The notes under the pieces: model-generated
The model's database searches: none
Seen by the model: only the letters and a program-made list of their open reading frames with translations
Told to the model about the DNA's origin: nothing
Position numbers and translations under genes: made by a program
From: an uncultured Gemmatimonadales bacterium
GTDB lineage: Bacteria > Gemmatimonadota > Gemmatimonadetes > Gemmatimonadales > Gemmatimonadaceae
NCBI GenBank assembly: GCA_963851265.1
Contig: CAWKNZ010000007.1
Location: 512,001 to 576,000, forward strand
DNA: 64,000 nt
Direction: 5' to 3'
Shown: positions 1-9,110 of the stretch, one piece after another
Layout: the number at the start of each line of letters is the position of its first letter
Numbering within the stretch: position 1 is the first letter of the stretch

Positions 1-570
1 GGGCTGCCCACGCCCGAGACGGTGGTGTGCGAGCAGATGGACGCGGCGATGGAGGCGGTGCGCGCGATGGGCGACGTCGTGATCAAGCCGATCTTCGGCT
101 CGATGGGGCACGGCATGGTGCGCGTGAGCGACCCCGACACGGCGTTCCGCGTGCTGCGCGCGCTGGACGCGGTGCGGGCGGTGTTTTACGTCCAGCGTGT
201 GGTGGAGCACGGCGGCCGCGACGTGCGCGCGTTCGTCGTCGGCGGCCGCGTGCTCGGCGCGATCGAGCGAGAGGCGCCCGCGGGCGAGTGGCGGACCAAC
301 GTGTCGCGCGGCGGTGCAGCGCGGGCGATCGCGCTGCCGGCGGCGTGGGAGGCGCTCGCGTTGGGCGCGGCGCGGGCGGTCGGGGCGGACTACGCCGGGG
401 TGGACCTGATCGCCGCGCCCGGCGGCACCACGTACGTCCTCGAGGTGAACGGCATCCCGGGCTGGGAGGGACTGCAGGGCGCGACGGGGCTCGACGTGGC
501 GGGAGCGATCGTGGACCACGTGCTGACGGCGGCGCCGGCGTCGACCCTGGCGGCCGTGCCGGGCGCGTGA
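1..570 (+). CDS. RimK-family ATP-grasp glutamate ligase (Orf5/MyfA-like of H4MPT clusters), 5'-truncated by window edge
   Basis: Open from base 1 (GLPTPETVVC); motifs VIKPIFGSMG, WRTNVSRGG, GVDL, LEVNGIPGW; C1-cofactor gene context. Confidence 0.88.
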   Translation, partial: GLPTPETVVCEQMDAAMEAVRAMGDVVIKPIFGSMGHGMVRVSDPDTAFRVLRALDAVRAVFYVQRVVEHGGRDVRAFVVGGRVLGAIEREAPAGEWRTNVSRGGAARAIALPAAWEALALGAARAVGADYAGVDLIAAPGGTTYVLEVNGIPGWEGLQGATGLDVAGAIVDHVLTAAPASTLAAVPGA

Positions 571-1448
571 CCGCGCCCGCCGAGGTCGCGACGGCGGCGC
601 AGCTCGCCTGCCTGCTCGAGGCGAGCGCGCCGAAGCCGGGGAACGTGTCGCCCGGGCGTCACTTCCGCGACGCGCGTTACGAGGACTTCCTCGCGAGCGC
701 CGCGGCGGTCGGCCCCGCGCTCGCGCTGGCCGGCGCGCGCCCGCTCGGCGAGACGGTGCGCGACGCGATCGAGGCGACCGCGCGGTGGACCCGCTCCAAC
801 ACCAATCTGGGCATCGTCCTTCTCCTCGCGCCGCTCGCGCGCGCGGCCGCGTTAGGCGAGCGCGGCGACCTCCGTGCGCGCGTCGCCGGCGTGCTCGCCG
901 CGCTCACGGTGCGGGACGCGGCCGATGTCTACGCGGCCATCCGGCTCGCCGCGCCCGGCGGTCTCGGCCGCGCGGGCGAGCAGGACGTGGCCGACGCGCC
1001 GACAGTGACACTGCTCGACGCGATGCGCCTCGCGGCCGACCGCGACGGCGTCGCGCGCGAGTACGCGACCGAGTTCTCGACTACCTTCGAGCGCGGCGCG
1101 CCGGCGCTCGCCCGGGCGCGCGCCGATGGCCTCGGATGGGACGACGCGGTCGTCGAGACGTACCTGACGCTCCTCGCGGCCGCGCCCGACACGCACATCG
1201 CGCGACGGGCGGGGGACGCGCGGGCGCGCGCGGTGAGCGCCGAGGCCGGTACGGTACTGGCCGCGGGGGGCGTCCGCGCCTCGGCGGGGCGCGACGCGGT
1301 CGCGCGTTTCGACGCCGCGCTCCGCGACGCGCGCAACGTCGCGAATCCCGGGACCACGGCCGACCTCACCGCGGCCGCGATCTTCGTCGTCCTGCTCGGC
1401 GGCGGGTGGCACATGACCTACGGAGACACGGATGCAACAGCGCGGTGA
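567..1448 (+). CDS. Triphosphoribosyl-dephospho-CoA synthase (CitG)-like protein (Orf7-type)
   Basis: GTGA overlap with upstream stop; LEASAPKPGNV, NTNLGIVLL, NPGTTADL motifs. Confidence 0.85.
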   Translation: MTAPAEVATAAQLACLLEASAPKPGNVSPGRHFRDARYEDFLASAAAVGPALALAGARPLGETVRDAIEATARWTRSNTNLGIVLLLAPLARAAALGERGDLRARVAGVLAALTVRDAADVYAAIRLAAPGGLGRAGEQDVADAPTVTLLDAMRLAADRDGVAREYATEFSTTFERGAPALARARADGLGWDDAVVETYLTLLAAAPDTHIARRAGDARARAVSAEAGTVLAAGGVRASAGRDAVARFDAALRDARNVANPGTTADLTAAAIFVVLLGGGWHMTYGDTDATAR

Positions 1449-1935
1449 GTTCCGCGTGCGGGTGACGAAGGACTACCTCGTGTTCGCGTCGGCGCACTTC
1501 ATCACGTTCGCGGGGCACCGGTGCGAATCGCTGCACGGCCACAACTACCGCGTCGGCGTCGTCGTCGAGGGCGCGCTCGACCCCGAGAGCTGGTACGTGC
1601 TGGACTTCGGCGTGCTGAAGGGGATCATGCGCCAACTCTGCGACGCCATCGACCACAAGGTGCTGCTGCCGACCACCAACCCGAAGATCGGCGTAGCCGA
1701 ACAGGGGGAGTTCGTGCACGTGACCTACGAGGGGCGGCCGCGCTACGTGTTTCCGACGGCGGACTGCGCGCTGCTCCCTGTGCCGAACACGACCGTCGAG
1801 ATGCTGGCGGAGATGTTGGCCGGAGAACTACGCGACGCGCTGGCCGACGTCGGCGCGGCCGGGCTGGCCGCGGTCGAGGTCGAGGTGGAGGAGAACTTCG
1901 GCCAGTCGGCGACGTGCCGTATGCGGGTCGCGTGA
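1432..1935 (+). CDS. 6-pyruvoyl/6-carboxy-tetrahydropterin synthase family protein
   Basis: SAHF and CESLHGHNY metal-binding motifs, PNTTVE, VEVEEN. Confidence 0.85.
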   Translation: MQQRGEFRVRVTKDYLVFASAHFITFAGHRCESLHGHNYRVGVVVEGALDPESWYVLDFGVLKGIMRQLCDAIDHKVLLPTTNPKIGVAEQGEFVHVTYEGRPRYVFPTADCALLPVPNTTVEMLAEMLAGELRDALADVGAAGLAAVEVEVEENFGQSATCRMRVA

Positions 1936-1972
1936 GTCGGCCGCGGCGGAAAGGGGCCGGGCGGCTCGGCGC

Positions 1973-2001
1973 TTGACACCCGCCCCGTGCGGGCCTATTC
2001 G
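1973..2001 (+). promoter_or_regulatory. Putative sigma70 promoter for the proC leader
   Basis: TTGACA at 1973-1978, 17-bp spacer, TATTCG at 1996-2001. Confidence 0.5.
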
Positions 2002-2163
2002 TCCCTCCCATGTCGCTCCGCGCGCTCCCCACTCGCCCGGCCTTCGGGCCGCGACCGCGACCGTCGTCGACGGACCCACGACGCCGGACGACCGTCGCGC
2101 ACGCCCGCAGCTTCACCGGGTAGCGCCCGAGCGCGCCAGAGCCGCCTAACGCGCGGCCGACTG

Positions 2164-2201
2164 TCGCCCCGTCCGTGCCAACGCGCCGGACGGGGCGATT
2201 T
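2164..2201 (+). terminator. Hairpin with short T tract in the proC leader (possible attenuator)
   Basis: TCGCCCCGTCCG / CGGACGGGGCGA perfect 12-bp stem followed by TTT. Confidence 0.55.
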
Positions 2202-2248
2202 CGCGTTCCGTCCGGCGCCCGCCCCCAAACGCCCGAGGACCGGATCCG

Positions 2249-3166
2249 ATGTCACACGCCACCCTCCTCGCCGACCGCGCGCCCGCCGCGCCCGCGCTCG
2301 GCTCCACCCACGCGGCCGATGACGCCGGCGTCGCCGTGCTGGCCGGCCGCCGCATCGCGCTGATCGGCGCGGGTACGATGGGCAACGCGATCGCGCTCGG
2401 CCTCGCGCGCGCGGGCGCGTTCCCGGCGGCCGAGCTGCGCGTCGTGAACCGGCACGCCCCCGCGGCGGACGCCCTCGCGGCACAGATCCCGGGCGCGCGC
2501 ACCGCGGACGCGGCGTCGGCGTGCGCCGATGCCGACATCGTGCTGTTGTGCGTCAAACCCCGCGACGTGGCGGGGGTGCTCTCCACGCTGGACACGGCCG
2601 GCGTGCTCGCACGCGACGCGCGCGAGGCGCCGCTGTTCATCTCGATCGCGGCGGGCGTGTCGACGGCGGCCATCGAGGCGGGAACGGGCGGGCTGGTGCC
2701 GGTCGTGCGCGCGATGCCGAACACGGCGAGCGCGATCGGCAAGGGGTGCACGGTGGTGGCGGCGGGGGCGCAGGCCACCGCGGAGCACGTCGCCGCGGCG
2801 ACGGCGATCTTCGCGTGCGTCGGCCGCTGCATGACGCTCGACGAGCGCCACCTCGACGCGGTGACGGCAGTATCGGCGAGCGGCCCGGCGTTCATCTACG
2901 TGGTGCTCGAGGCGCTCACCGACGGCGCGGTGTCGTGCGGGCTGCCGCGCGCGGCGGCGACCGAGCTCGTCGCGCGGATGACGCTCGGCGCGGCGGAGAT
3001 GGTGCTCGCGACGGGGCGCCACCCGGCCGCGCTCAAGGACGACGTGACGACGCCCGGCGGGTGCACGATCGCCGGGCTGCTGGTGTTGGAGGACGGACGC
3101 GCGCGGTCGGTGCTGGCGCGTACGATCGAGACCACGACGCGGGTGGCCGCGGCGCTGAGCCGCTGA
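2249..3166 (+). CDS. proC: Pyrroline-5-carboxylate reductase
   Basis: IGAGTMG Rossmann motif, LCVKP, VRAMPNT, SASGPAF, VTTPGGCT. Confidence 0.95.
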   Translation: MSHATLLADRAPAAPALGSTHAADDAGVAVLAGRRIALIGAGTMGNAIALGLARAGAFPAAELRVVNRHAPAADALAAQIPGARTADAASACADADIVLLCVKPRDVAGVLSTLDTAGVLARDAREAPLFISIAAGVSTAAIEAGTGGLVPVVRAMPNTASAIGKGCTVVAAGAQATAEHVAAATAIFACVGRCMTLDERHLDAVTAVSASGPAFIYVVLEALTDGAVSCGLPRAAATELVARMTLGAAEMVLATGRHPAALKDDVTTPGGCTIAGLLVLEDGRARSVLARTIETTTRVAAALSR

Positions 3167-3208
3167 GCCGTCGGCCGACGGCCGACGGCGGCGCGGCGCG
3201 ACGCGACG

Positions 3209-3967
3209 CTACCGCGGCCGCTGGGCCGCGGCCACGTCGCGGGGGCCCACACGCCCGTCATGCAGCGCGGAGGCGACGAGCGCGGCGTCACACCCTGCGT
3301 CGGCGAGCCGCGCGATGTCGTCGGGCCCGCGCACGCCGCCGCCGGCCAGCAAGCGCACGTCGGCCGCGGCACGCCGCACGTTCCGGACGAGCGCGAGGTC
3401 GACGCCCTCGCCGCTTCCGACGCGGGCCAGGTCGATGACGATCACCGCGCCCACGCCCGACTCCGCCGCCCAGGCCGCGAGCGCGGCCGGCGTGGCCGCC
3501 GCGGGCGCGAGCCGCGCGGCGAACGCGGGCGCGAGCATCGGCACCCCCGCGCGCAGGTCGAGGCTGAACGCGACGCGCTCCGCGCCGACGGCGGCGCAGA
3601 TGGCCGACAGCGCGCCCGGCCCGCGCAGCGTCTCCAGCCCCACCACCACGTGCGCCGCGCCGGTCGCCCGCGCCGCTTGGGCGGCGGCCGCGTCGGCCAC
3701 CCCGGCGTCGAGCCAGAGTGGAAGGCCGAGCGCGGCCAACTCGCCCCAGAGCGCATGCTGCGCCTCGCCACCCTCGATCGCGTCGAGATCGGCCGCGTAC
3801 AGTTCGCGCACGCCGAGCACGTCGCGGTATGTTCGGGCGAGGGCGAGGGCGTCGCCGTCGATGCGCGAGCCCGCGGCCGCGGCGACCGGCGCGTACGCCG
3901 CACGCACGCCGCGCCGCGCGTGCACCGCGCGGCCGCCGCGCAGGTCGAGCACGCCGATCACACGCAT
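3209..3967 (-). CDS. HisA/HisF-related TIM-barrel protein (Orf17-type)
   Basis: VIGVLDLRGGRAVHA, YAADLDAI, DLARVGSGEG, AGGGVRG; C1 cluster context. Confidence 0.85.
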   Translation of the reverse strand: MRVIGVLDLRGGRAVHARRGVRAAYAPVAAAAGSRIDGDALALARTYRDVLGVRELYAADLDAIEGGEAQHALWGELAALGLPLWLDAGVADAAAAQAARATGAAHVVVGLETLRGPGALSAICAAVGAERVAFSLDLRAGVPMLAPAFAARLAPAAATPAALAAWAAESGVGAVIVIDLARVGSGEGVDLALVRNVRRAAADVRLLAGGGVRGPDDIARLADAGCDAALVASALHDGRVGPRDVAAAQRPR

Positions 3968-4011
3968 GAAAGGAGGACGGGTGGCACGTGTGGGACGGTG
4001 GCTGGTGACGA

Positions 4012-5061
4012 GTGACGCCGCCTAACGCAGGCAATGCATCGCCCGCGCCACCGCGCGGGGTGGTAGGGTGGGACGTGGGCGGGGTGAACACGAAAGTCGC
4101 GCGCGTGGCGGGCGGGCGCGTGCTCGCCGCCCACGTCCGCCCTTACGAACTGCAGCGGGCCCCCGCGGCCCTCGGCGACGTGTTGCGCGCACTCGCCGCG
4201 GCCGCGGGCGCCCGCGACGACGACCGGCACGCGGTGACGATGACGGCCGAGCTGTCCCAGATGTTTCGGCGAAAGCGGGACGGCGTCGAGTTCGTGCTCG
4301 ACGCGGTCACGGCCGCGCTCCCCGCCGCGGCCATCCGCGTCTACACCGTGGACGGCCGCTTCGTGTCGCCGGACGCGGCGCGCGCCGAGCCGCTCGCCGT
4401 GGCCGCCTCGAACTGGGCCGCGACGGCGCGCCTCGTCGCCCAACGCCACCCCGACGCGCTCCTGCTCGACACGGGCACGACCACGACCGACGTGGTCCCG
4501 ATCGTCGGCGGCGCGCTCGCCGCGGTCGGTCGCACCGACCCCGAGCGGCTCGCGAGTGGGGAGCTGGTCTACACCGGCGCCGTCCGCACCCCCACCGAAG
4601 CGATCGCCACCCACGTCCCGCTCGGCGACGACGTCGCCGGGGTCTCGGCAGAGGGGTTCGCGCTCGCGGGCGACGTGCACGTCTGGCGCGGCGACCTCGC
4701 GCCCGAGGACTACAGCGTGCCCCCGCCCGACGGGCGCCCGACCTCGCGCGAGTTCGCCGGCGAACGGCTGGCCCGGGTCGTGTGCGCGGACCGCGAGATG
4801 CTCGACGACGCGGCCGTGTGGGCGATCGCGGAAGCCCTCGCCGCGGCGCAGGCGGCGCAGATCGTAGGCGCGATCCGTCGCGTGCGCGCGCGCCACCCAT
4901 CGCTGCGTCGCGCCGTGGTCACGGGTCTGGGCGCGTTCGTCGCCGCGCGCGCCGCGCGCGAAGCGGGGCTCGACGTGGTACCGCTCGCCGACTCGCTCGG
5001 CGCCGACGCGGCGCGTTGCGCACCGGCGGCCGCGGTGGCGCTGCTGCTCGCCGGCGCGTGA
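4012..5061 (+). CDS. Hydantoinase/oxoprolinase-family protein, MfnF/Orf9-like
   Basis: GWDVGGVNTK, TMTAELS, ASNWAATA, DTGTTTTD, ELVYTGAVRT, RLARVVCAD. Confidence 0.85.
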   Translation: MTPPNAGNASPAPPRGVVGWDVGGVNTKVARVAGGRVLAAHVRPYELQRAPAALGDVLRALAAAAGARDDDRHAVTMTAELSQMFRRKRDGVEFVLDAVTAALPAAAIRVYTVDGRFVSPDAARAEPLAVAASNWAATARLVAQRHPDALLLDTGTTTTDVVPIVGGALAAVGRTDPERLASGELVYTGAVRTPTEAIATHVPLGDDVAGVSAEGFALAGDVHVWRGDLAPEDYSVPPPDGRPTSREFAGERLARVVCADREMLDDAAVWAIAEALAAAQAAQIVGAIRRVRARHPSLRRAVVTGLGAFVAARAAREAGLDVVPLADSLGADAARCAPAAAVALLLAGA

Positions 5062-5690
5062 CCGGCGGTGTGACGGGCCGTCCGACGGGGGCGGAGGCGC
5101 CGCGCGTGGGCGTAGTGCTCAAGCTCGGCGGCGCCATGCTGCGGCGCCCCAGGGCGCTGGCCGTGACGCTCGCGGCCGTCGGCGACGCGTTAGGCGCGGA
5201 GGACGCGTCGCACGTGGCGGTCGTCCCGGGCGGCGGCCCGTTCGCCGACGCGGTTCGCCGGGCGGACCGTGCGTTCGGCCTCTCCGACGGCGCGGCACAC
5301 TGGATGGCCGTGCTCGCGATGGATCAGCACGCGCACCTGATCGCCGAACGCCTGACGCGCGGGCGAGTCGTGGACGGGCCCGCCGGGATCGACGCGGCGC
5401 TCGCGGCGGGCGCGGTCCCGGTGCTCGCGCCGTACCGCTGGCTGCGCGAGGACGACCCGCTTCCGCACTCCTGGGACGTGACGAGCGACAGCATCGCGGC
5501 GTGGGTCGCCGGCGCGCTCGGCGCGCGACGCCTCGTGCTCGTCAAGCCGCGGGGCGCGGCCGGGCGACCCGACGCCGTCGACCCGTACTTCGCGCGCGCG
5601 CTGCCCACCACGACGTCCGTCACGCTCGTCGCCGCGGGCGACGCCGCCGCGCTGCGGTCGGCGCTCCGCCAGTCCGGCGGCGCCGACTGA
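5058..5690 (+). CDS. Amino-acid-kinase-family protein, MfnE/Orf21-like
   Basis: GTGA overlap; VLKLGG, VPGGGPFADAVR, AHWMAVLAMDQ, PHSWDVTSDSIAAW. Confidence 0.85.
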   Translation: MTGGVTGRPTGAEAPRVGVVLKLGGAMLRRPRALAVTLAAVGDALGAEDASHVAVVPGGGPFADAVRRADRAFGLSDGAAHWMAVLAMDQHAHLIAERLTRGRVVDGPAGIDAALAAGAVPVLAPYRWLREDDPLPHSWDVTSDSIAAWVAGALGARRLVLVKPRGAAGRPDAVDPYFARALPTTTSVTLVAAGDAAALRSALRQSGGAD

Positions 5691-5774
5691 CGCCCACGTT
5701 CGGCGGCCGGTCCTCGGCACCCCCCCCGTCCGCTGCGTAGGGCCCGGGTGCCGGGGCCCGGTGGCCGCGCGGCA

Positions 5775-6386
5775 CTACAGCATCCAGGCGGCGCGCGCGC
5801 GCCGCCGGACGTGCAGCACGATCGCGGCGTGGATCAGCAGCGCGACGCCGAGCCCGACGACGTGGCCCGCGATGCCGAGGCCGTTGGCCGCGCCGACCAC
5901 GCGCCACGCCCATGCCCCGAGCGGGAGGAAGAGCCCGAGGGCGCTCCACAGACCGGGATTGTAGCGCCGCGAGGCGGCCGCGCCCGCGACGTGAATGACC
6001 GCGTTGACGAGCGTCGTGTACACCGCGACGAGCCCGAACCCGGCGTCGGCGAGCGCTGCCAACACCAACGTGGCGACGTACATGACCCAGACCGCCCCGA
6101 CGTTGATCCACATCGTCGCGCGCGGCGAGAGGGCGTCCGCCCCTCCTGCGACGGTCGCGTTGACGAAGCGGCGGAACCGGTCGCCGTAGTGCTCCTCGGC
6201 CTGGTGGACGAGATAGGCGAGCAGCAGGACGTAGACGGCGACGCGCGCGGGCGGCCACGTCCCGAGCACGAGGGGCAGCAACGCGAGCAGGAACGCGGCG
6301 ACGACGGTACCGGCGAACGGCCAGTTCCGGTCGAGCCAGGCGAGGGGCTGGGGAACGGTCGTGGGGATCGCGTCCGCGTCCGTCAC
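5775..6386 (-). CDS. HXXEE-domain membrane protein
   Basis: HQAEEH motif, several hydrophobic helices, YNPGL; start GTG inferred. Confidence 0.8.
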   Translation of the reverse strand: MTDADAIPTTVPQPLAWLDRNWPFAGTVVAAFLLALLPLVLGTWPPARVAVYVLLLAYLVHQAEEHYGDRFRRFVNATVAGGADALSPRATMWINVGAVWVMYVATLVLAALADAGFGLVAVYTTLVNAVIHVAGAAASRRYNPGLWSALGLFLPLGAWAWRVVGAANGLGIAGHVVGLGVALLIHAAIVLHVRRRARAAWML

Positions 6387-6426
6387 GGTCGGGAGGGGAT
6401 CGCGCACGCGGGGGTTCGCCGGTGCT

Positions 6427-7158
6427 CTACGCGAACGTCGCGTGCGCGACCTCGGCCGCATCCGTCGGCGTCGTGGCCAGACGGAGCGCGCGCACGCGCG
6501 CCGCCGACACGGTCCCGGAGCGTCCGCCGTCGCACACCGCGCCGCGCACGCCGACCACGTCGGGCCGCAGAGCTCGCACGACGCCCACGTCCTCCGCCGT
6601 CAGCCGGCCGGCGAGCGCGACGAGCAACCCGGCCGCGCGTGCCGCAGCCACCCACTCGGCGAGCGCCGCCGGCGTCATGCATCCCAGCAGCCCCGGCCCG
6701 CCCTTGTCTGCGGTGTCGAGCAGGACGCCGCGCGCGCCGGCGTCGGCCGCCACCGCGACGAGCACGCCAGGCTCGAGGCTGCCGACGCGCGCCGCGTCGG
6801 CGTAGGCGACGAGGACCACCCCGGCGCCGCCTGATGCGGCACCACGCACGGCGGCGGCGCCGAGTTCCGCGGCGCGCGCCGCGTCGGTCACGCCGGCGAA
6901 CCCGACCTTCACGAGCGCCGCTCCGGCCTCGGCAACGGCGAACGCGCGCGCCCCGACGTCGCCCGTGTCGGCGGCGTCGCCGAGGGCGGCCGTGAGCGGG
7001 CGGGCGCCGTCGACCGCCGCGCGGATCTCGCACAGCGTGGCGAGCGACACGGCGCCGAGCGCGCCGGCGGCGGGGTCCTTCGCGTCGATCACGTCGGCGC
7101 CGCCGGCGAGGGCGGCCGCGGCGTCGGCCGCCGTGGCCACGCTGACGAGCAGGTGCAT
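6427..7158 (-). CDS. mfnB: (5-formylfuran-3-yl)methyl phosphate synthase (MfnB/DUF556/Orf22-like)
   Basis: LLVSV, ADVIDAKDP..GALGA, VKVG, LLDTADK, LAGRL, GVRGAVC. Confidence 0.85.
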   Translation of the reverse strand: MHLLVSVATAADAAAALAGGADVIDAKDPAAGALGAVSLATLCEIRAAVDGARPLTAALGDAADTGDVGARAFAVAEAGAALVKVGFAGVTDAARAAELGAAAVRGAASGGAGVVLVAYADAARVGSLEPGVLVAVAADAGARGVLLDTADKGGPGLLGCMTPAALAEWVAAARAAGLLVALAGRLTAEDVGVVRALRPDVVGVRGAVCDGGRSGTVSAARVRALRLATTPTDAAEVAHATFA

Positions 7159-7342
7159 CGATGCTGGCGGAGGTGGGGGCACGCTCGAGCCGCGCGCAGA
7201 CGCACGCACGCCGCGCGGCAAGATTACCGCGTTCTCCTGCCCGGCGCTTCCTCCTCACGCGGCCCGGCACGGTCGCGCCGCGTGGCGCGACCGGTGCGAG
7301 AGACCGCCGCATCCGCGCCGCCACCCCCGTCGCCCCCGCCCG

Positions 7343-8131
7343 TTGACCACCGCGCCTAACGCAGATCCCGTGGCCGCGCCGCTCGCCGGGCGCACCGTGC
7401 TCGTCACCGGCGCGTCGAGCGGGATCGGACGCGCGATCGCGCTCGCCGCGGCCCGCGCGGGGGCAGACGTCGCGCTCACCTACCGCGTCAACGAGGAGGG
7501 CGCGCGCGACGCCGCGGCCTCGGTCGAGGCACTCGGCCGCCGCGCGACCGTGTTCGCGCTGGACCTCGCCGACCCCGCGTCGGTCGACGCCTTCGCCGGG
7601 CGCGTGCGCGACACGCTCGGCCGCGTGGACGCGTGGATCAACAACGCAGGAGCCGACATCCTCACCGGGCCCGCGGCCGCGCGCTCCGATCGCGAGAAGC
7701 TCGACCTGTTGCTCGCCGTCGACCTGCGCGGGACGATGCTCGCGTCGTGGCACGCGGCCGAACTGATGGGCGCGCAGCCCGACGGCGGCGTGATCGTGAA
7801 CATGAGCTGGGATCACGCCCTGACCGGGATGGCCGGGCGCACGCAGGAGCTGTTCTCGGCGGTCAAGGGCGGCGTGCTGAGCTTCAGCAAGTCGCTCGCG
7901 CGGAGCGTCGCGCCGCGCGTGCGCGTGCATGTGCTCGCGCCCGGGTGGATCGAGACCGCGTTCGGCGCCGGGGCCGACGAGTCGTGGCGGCGTGCGGTCG
8001 CCGAGTCCACGCCGCTCAAACGCTGGGGCACGCCCGAGGACGTGGCGGGTGCGGCCGTGTTCCTCGCCTCCCCCGCGGCCGCGTTCCTCACCGGGCAGAC
8101 GATGCTGATCGGGGGGGGCGTGGTGATGTGA
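7343..8131 (+). CDS. Short-chain dehydrogenase/reductase (atypical active site)
   Basis: TGASSGIG, NNAG, APGWIET, TPLKRWGTPED; start uncertain (TTG 7343 or GTG 7370). Confidence 0.88.
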   Translation: MTTAPNADPVAAPLAGRTVLVTGASSGIGRAIALAAARAGADVALTYRVNEEGARDAAASVEALGRRATVFALDLADPASVDAFAGRVRDTLGRVDAWINNAGADILTGPAAARSDREKLDLLLAVDLRGTMLASWHAAELMGAQPDGGVIVNMSWDHALTGMAGRTQELFSAVKGGVLSFSKSLARSVAPRVRVHVLAPGWIETAFGAGADESWRRAVAESTPLKRWGTPEDVAGAAVFLASPAAAFLTGQTMLIGGGVVM

Positions 8132-8188
8132 GCGGGACGACCGCGTCGCACTGGACGCGGTCACGCCACTCCGACTTGGTTGAACGCC

Positions 8189-8701
8189 ATGACTCCGGTG
8201 CTCGCGCCCGCTGCAGATCGCGACCTCGCCGCCGTCGCCACGCTCGTGAACTCCGCGTACCGCGGCGAAAGCTCGCGACAGGGGTGGACGACCGAGGCCG
8301 ACTTCCTCGATGACCTGCGCACCACGGAGGACGCGCTCCGCGCGGACCTCGCGGCCAACCCGGACGCGCGGTTGCTGCTGCTGCGCGACACGCCGGACGG
8401 GCCGCCGCTCGGCTGCGTCTGGCTCACGCCAGGCGAGCCTGCGTGGTCCCTCGGCCTGCTCACCGTGCGCCCCGACCTGCAGGACCGCCAGCTCGGCCGC
8501 GCTCTGCTGGCCGGCGCCGAATCGCTGGCCCGGGAGCACGGCGCGGGGCGGATGCGCATGCGCGTGATCGCCGTGCGCGATACGCTGCTCGCGTGGTACC
8601 GTCGTCGTGGGTACGAACCAACGGGGGAGGTCGAGCCGTTCGCCCACGGCGACGAGCCGCGGCCCGATCTCCGATTCGTCGTGCTCGAGAAGGCGTTGTA
8701 G
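8189..8701 (+). CDS. GNAT-family N-acetyltransferase
   Basis: VNSAYRGE..GWTTEA, LTVRPDLQDRQLGR acetyl-CoA motif, WYRRRGY. Confidence 0.85.
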   Translation: MTPVLAPAADRDLAAVATLVNSAYRGESSRQGWTTEADFLDDLRTTEDALRADLAANPDARLLLLRDTPDGPPLGCVWLTPGEPAWSLGLLTVRPDLQDRQLGRALLAGAESLAREHGAGRMRMRVIAVRDTLLAWYRRRGYEPTGEVEPFAHGDEPRPDLRFVVLEKAL

Positions 8702-8747
8702 GACGTTGCAGGCGCGCGCAGGACGACGCTCTCACCCCGGTGCTCCG

Positions 8748-9110
8748 ATGCCCAGGAACGACTCCACGCACGACGACGCGGCGATCGCCGAACGGCTCGC
8801 GACGATGCCCGGCTGGTATTACGAGGACGGCTGGATCCGCCGGCAGTACAAGACCGACGGGTGGCCGACGACGCTGATGCTCGTCAACGCCATCGGCTAC
8901 GCGGCCGAGGCGGCCAACCACCACCCGGACCTGACCGTGAGTTGGGCGCGCGTGGGCGTGAAGCTCTCGACGCACAGCGCCGGCGGCATCACCGACAAGG
9001 ACTTCGAGCTCGCGCGCCGGATCGAGGAGGTCGCGCTCTGGCGCCCCGAGCCCGGCGCCGCGCTCGACGGCACGCCCGCCAAGTTCGTCCGCGGCGGCGA
9101 CCCGCGCTGA
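8748..9110 (+). CDS. Pterin-4a-carbinolamine dehydratase family protein
   Basis: AEAANHHPDL, LSTHSAGGITDKD. Confidence 0.9.
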   Translation: MPRNDSTHDDAAIAERLATMPGWYYEDGWIRRQYKTDGWPTTLMLVNAIGYAAEAANHHPDLTVSWARVGVKLSTHSAGGITDKDFELARRIEEVALWRPEPGAALDGTPAKFVRGGDPR

